A stretch of DNA of 64,000 nt from Spirochaetia bacterium (GTDB lineage Bacteria > Spirochaetota > Spirochaetia > UBA9216): positions 4,416,001 to 4,480,000 of the forward strand of contig OY776510.1 in NCBI GenBank assembly GCA_963675665.1, written 5' to 3'. The notes under the pieces are model-generated. The model searched no databases, was not told the DNA's origin, and saw only the letters and a program-made list of their open reading frames with translations. Within the stretch, counting starts at the first letter, position 1. Each line of letters opens with the position of its first letter. The position numbers and the translations under genes were made by a program. Below, one piece after another: positions 61,221-64,000 of this stretch.

Positions 61221-61445
61221 ATACTTTTCCTTTTTTATAATTACATACTTATATAAACAATTATAACTTATTAAATACCATATCCGCAATTATAATTAAA
61301 AGGTGAGTACAGTTATGATACCATTTAGCCAATGGAATTGGGAGGAATTAGGCCGAATAAGACTCTTTACAGAGTAATAAGATTTGACTAATTCCTTATC
61401 CTATAGTAATATAGATGAATAGATAAGAACCTACGGAATTGAGCG

Positions 61446-61583
61446 GTTTAACGACGTTTTGAGTAGCGAAACCGGCCGAGTCTTCGAGGCTTGGCGCAGT
61501 TCTGGAACGTAGCGCGATCAGCGCGGAGTGTCTCTGCCAGAACTGTGACAAAGGTTTTGACTACTCCAAATCTCTTGTTATAC
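61446..61583 (-). repeat. attC site 22 (also the right junction of the integrative element)
   Basis: GTTTAAC...GTTATAC. Confidence 0.9.
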
Positions 61584-61708
61584 GGATATTTTACTATGTT
61601 TTTAAGGTTTACAGGATGTTTTATTTCTTCAGGATTCAAATTTCTTACATTCTTAAATTTCTAATAATTCTTATTAATAATAGCGATTTTGATACAATAG
61701 AATATGAT

Positions 61709-61963
61709 TTAATAATGATATCGACAGGCAATGATTCTTATAAATTTTTCTTCTACTTCATATACAAGACGATGTTCTTGATCAATTCTACGAGACCAAC
61801 ATCCTTGCAATTGATATTTTAAAGGTTCAGGTTTACCAATTCCTTCAAATGGATTTCTTCTTATATCTTTTATTAATTCATTAATTCTTCTTAAATTCTT
61901 TTTATCATTCTTTTGCCAGTATAGATAATCATCCCAGGATTCAGGCGTAAATAGTAAATTCAT
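61709..61963 (-). CDS. yoeB: Txe/YoeB toxin
   Basis: WDDYLYWQ; PFEGIGKPEPLK; WSRRIDQEHRLVY; CRYHY. Confidence 0.95.
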   Translation of the reverse strand: MNLLFTPESWDDYLYWQKNDKKNLRRINELIKDIRRNPFEGIGKPEPLKYQLQGCWSRRIDQEHRLVYEVEEKFIRIIACRYHY

Positions 61964-62214
61964 TCTTCTATTAATTCTTTCTTAATAGTATTTCCAGATC
62001 TGGCTGATTCAAGAGATTTCATCAAATGATCAGCATTTTTCTTAGATGATAAAAGATATTGAGTCTCTGTAAGACTGTTGTAATCATCTAATGAAATCAT
62101 CACTAAATTCTCATTATCTTTTCTTGTGATAATAAGAGGTTCATGATCCTGATAAACTTGATCCATATGAGCCTTTAAATTTCGTCTTAGATCTGAATAA
62201 TTAACAGCTTCCAT
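61960..62214 (-). CDS. yefM: YefM antitoxin
   Basis: NYSDLRRNLK...IITRK...ETQYLLSS..NA. Confidence 0.93.
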   Translation of the reverse strand: MEAVNYSDLRRNLKAHMDQVYQDHEPLIITRKDNENLVMISLDDYNSLTETQYLLSSKKNADHLMKSLESARSGNTIKKELIEE

Positions 62215-62357
62215 AAGTACAATATATAGTACTTATAAATGTACGTCAACTATTTTATCAATTAAAGATATGAAACCAATTAATGGGGTTTAATCCATAA
62301 ATTAATCCCAATTGACTCACATTTTCAAGATTAGGCTGTAAAGATACACGATATTCC

Positions 62358-62503
62358 GTATAACGACAATTTGAGCTGCGCCCTCGATCCTGGAGCGAAG
62401 CGGAAGGAATTGGCGTGATTCTGGAACGTAGCGCGATCAGCGCGGAGTGTCTCCGCCAGAATCATGACAATAGACGGCGACTGCTCCAAATTTTTTGTTA
62501 AAT
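62358..62503 (-). repeat. attC site 23
   Basis: GTATAAC...GTTAAAT. Confidence 0.9.
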
Positions 62504-62616
62504 ACCTACGATGTTAATACATATTAGAAAAATAAGGATATTCAAATTTCTTCTCATTTTCTTCATAGCTGAAAGTTTTGTGTCATTAGTCCAAAGACAA
62601 GGATGTCTTTGGATCT

Positions 62617-62889
62617 TCAGACTATCGCTATTCTTACTTCCTTTCCCAATGCCTTTGCTACTTTTTCTATTGTTGATAGTTTTATATCTTCTGAATGATT
62701 TTCCATTCTTGATATCACACTCTTTGTTGTATGTATCCTTCTTGCTAATTCTTCCTGTGTTAATCCATTATTCTCTCTTGCTTCTCTCAAAAATACACCT
62801 ATTTTGAATTCTTCATATCCTTCCCAGAATTCCTCTTTACTTATTCCTTCTTTTTTTATTCTTTTATCAACATATTCATCTAGGTTCAT
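62617..62889 (-). CDS. HigA-like XRE antitoxin
   Basis: AR...GLTQEELA....TTKSVISRMEN. Confidence 0.88.
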   Translation of the reverse strand: MNLDEYVDKRIKKEGISKEEFWEGYEEFKIGVFLREARENNGLTQEELARRIHTTKSVISRMENHSEDIKLSTIEKVAKALGKEVRIAIV

Positions 62890-63238
62890 TATTCTTCCTC
62901 CTCAAATAATCTCTTCTATATTCTTCTGCTTGTTTTATCTCTTTTGCAGGTGTTTTTTGCGATTTCTTGATTATTCCATGCGTTAGCACAATCAGATTAT
63001 TTTTTTCCAAAAAACTAAATATTCTATAAATATTAGAACCAAATTTTATTCTTATTTCCCAAATTCCATCTGTAGATTCTAATTTCTTAAAATATGTTTT
63101 TGGAACTATATCTTTCTCTTCAATAATTTTGAAAGTCCATGCAATCTTCTTAACTATCTTTATTTCAAGATTATTTAGAAATTCTTCAACTGGACATCTT
63201 CCATTTTCTTTTTCATAGAAGATAATTTCTCGTTTCAT
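62876..63238 (-). CDS. HigB-like (Gp49/RelE) toxin
   Basis: FYE.ENG.CPVEEFL; IWEIR; LTHG..KKSQKTP; toxin-first gene order. Confidence 0.88.
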   Translation of the reverse strand: MKREIIFYEKENGRCPVEEFLNNLEIKIVKKIAWTFKIIEEKDIVPKTYFKKLESTDGIWEIRIKFGSNIYRIFSFLEKNNLIVLTHGIIKKSQKTPAKEIKQAEEYRRDYLRRKNNEPR

Positions 63239-63420
63239 ATAATCTATGTTAGCATACATGCTAACATATTTCAAGTATATATCCTCAAATAGCCATGGAT
63301 GGCTATTCTTCATCAATAAATTCTTTCAGCTCAGCTATCCCAACAATGGGAATTCTTTTATTTTTCTCATTTCATCCCAATAACACTTATCATTTTCCCA
63401 AAACTATTATATCTCTGTGT

Positions 63421-63558
63421 ATTTAACGACGATTTGAGTTGCCTTGTCACCGAGCATAGCGAGGTTCATTTATTTCTCAAACTATTAACATTTCTGAGTA
63501 TATGCTATCCCATATATAGTATTTATCAAAAAGGACAACTCCAAATCTCTTGTTAAAT
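63421..63558 (-). repeat. attC site 24 (divergent centre)
   Basis: ATTTAAC GACGATTTGAGTTG...CAACTCCAAATCTCTT GTTAAAT. Confidence 0.85.
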
Positions 63559-63627
63559 GCCTTATTCTTAACCAGACCGCACGGCGGAGCCAAGGGATGG
63601 TTTTATAGATACAAAATATATAATTTT

Positions 63628-63999
63628 TCATATGTTCTTTTCAATTTTTCTTTTTTCTATTTCTCTATTAATTTTCTCTATATCACATTGCTCAATAAAG
63701 TATTCTTTATCATCAAAATCAAATAACTTAATTTTTAATTTATCTGTATTCTCAAATATAGCTGGAGAAAGCATTGGCAAATCTTTTGTTTCACCACTTT
63801 CTAATACTATCGGAAGCAGTCTCTTTCTAATCCCATAAGCTTCTTCAGGTTGTTCGTACCACCCAGGAGAACCTTCTGTCTTTATACCTTTTCTTGTATA
63901 ACCAGAATATTCAATTCCTTTAATCGTAATACGTTCAGAACCAAGATTTGCTAATAAAATGACAACGATTGGAAATTTTTCCTTTGTAACCTGATCAAT
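63628..63999 (-). CDS. Hypothetical cassette protein, 5' end beyond the window
   Basis: Open frame IDQVTKEKFPIVVILL...KIEKNI* ending before attC 24. Confidence 0.6.
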   Translation of the reverse strand: MDQVTKEKFPIVVILLANLGSERITIKGIEYSGYTRKGIKTEGSPGWYEQPEEAYGIRKRLLPIVLESGETKDLPMLSPAIFENTDKLKIKLFDFDDKEYFIEQCDIEKINREIEKRKIEKNI

Positions 64000-64000
64000 T

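Larger units (their letters stand above)
33879..61462. mobile_element. Integrative element (~27.6 kb) inserted in an attC site
   Basis: Direct repeats TAACGACGATTTGA (33879-33892) and TAACGACGTTTTGA (61449-61462); int and xis at the left end; excision rebuilds an intact attC. Confidence 0.85.
1885..63558 (-). mobile_element. Integron cassette array (extends beyond both window ends; intI not in window)
   Basis: 24 related attC sites separate co-oriented minus-strand genes; in 19 of 23 complete cassettes the 7-bp core at the cassette start is exactly complementary to the inverse core of its own attC; several stop codons overlap the inverse core TAAC. Confidence 0.93.

Noticed and set aside
33879-61462. 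Prophage or self-transmissible ICE
   Set aside because: No structural, terminase, relaxase or type IV secretion genes are recognisable.

Overview
AT-rich bacterial DNA, probably from a spirochaete (inferred only from protein family resemblances). Most of the window is a large integron-type cassette array on the minus strand: 24 complete ~130-140 bp attC-like sites (AAC...GTT, imperfect palindromes) delimit 23 complete cassettes plus one partial cassette at each window edge. No IntI integrase gene is in the window. Cassette cargo is mainly toxin-antitoxin pairs, a Fic protein, five ATPase-nuclease-fold proteins and a Schlafen/AlbA_2 protein. It also includes three copies of an ORF-less structured cassette and a two-gene radical SAM/SPASM plus precursor (RiPP-like) cassette. 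The array carries three identical-looking IS4 copies, two IS481-family elements and a truncated IS3. It is split by a ~27.6 kb element (33879-61462) with its own tyrosine integrase and excisionase, inserted in the conserved end of an attC site (14-bp duplication TAACGACG(A/T)TTTGA). That element carries IS1111- and IS66-type elements, a radical SAM/two-component/glycosyltransferase/GH130 cargo block, two Frpo-like hairpin promoters, a chimeric mini-antitoxin and a nuclease/NYN trio. All calls are by eye from motifs; no database searches were run.
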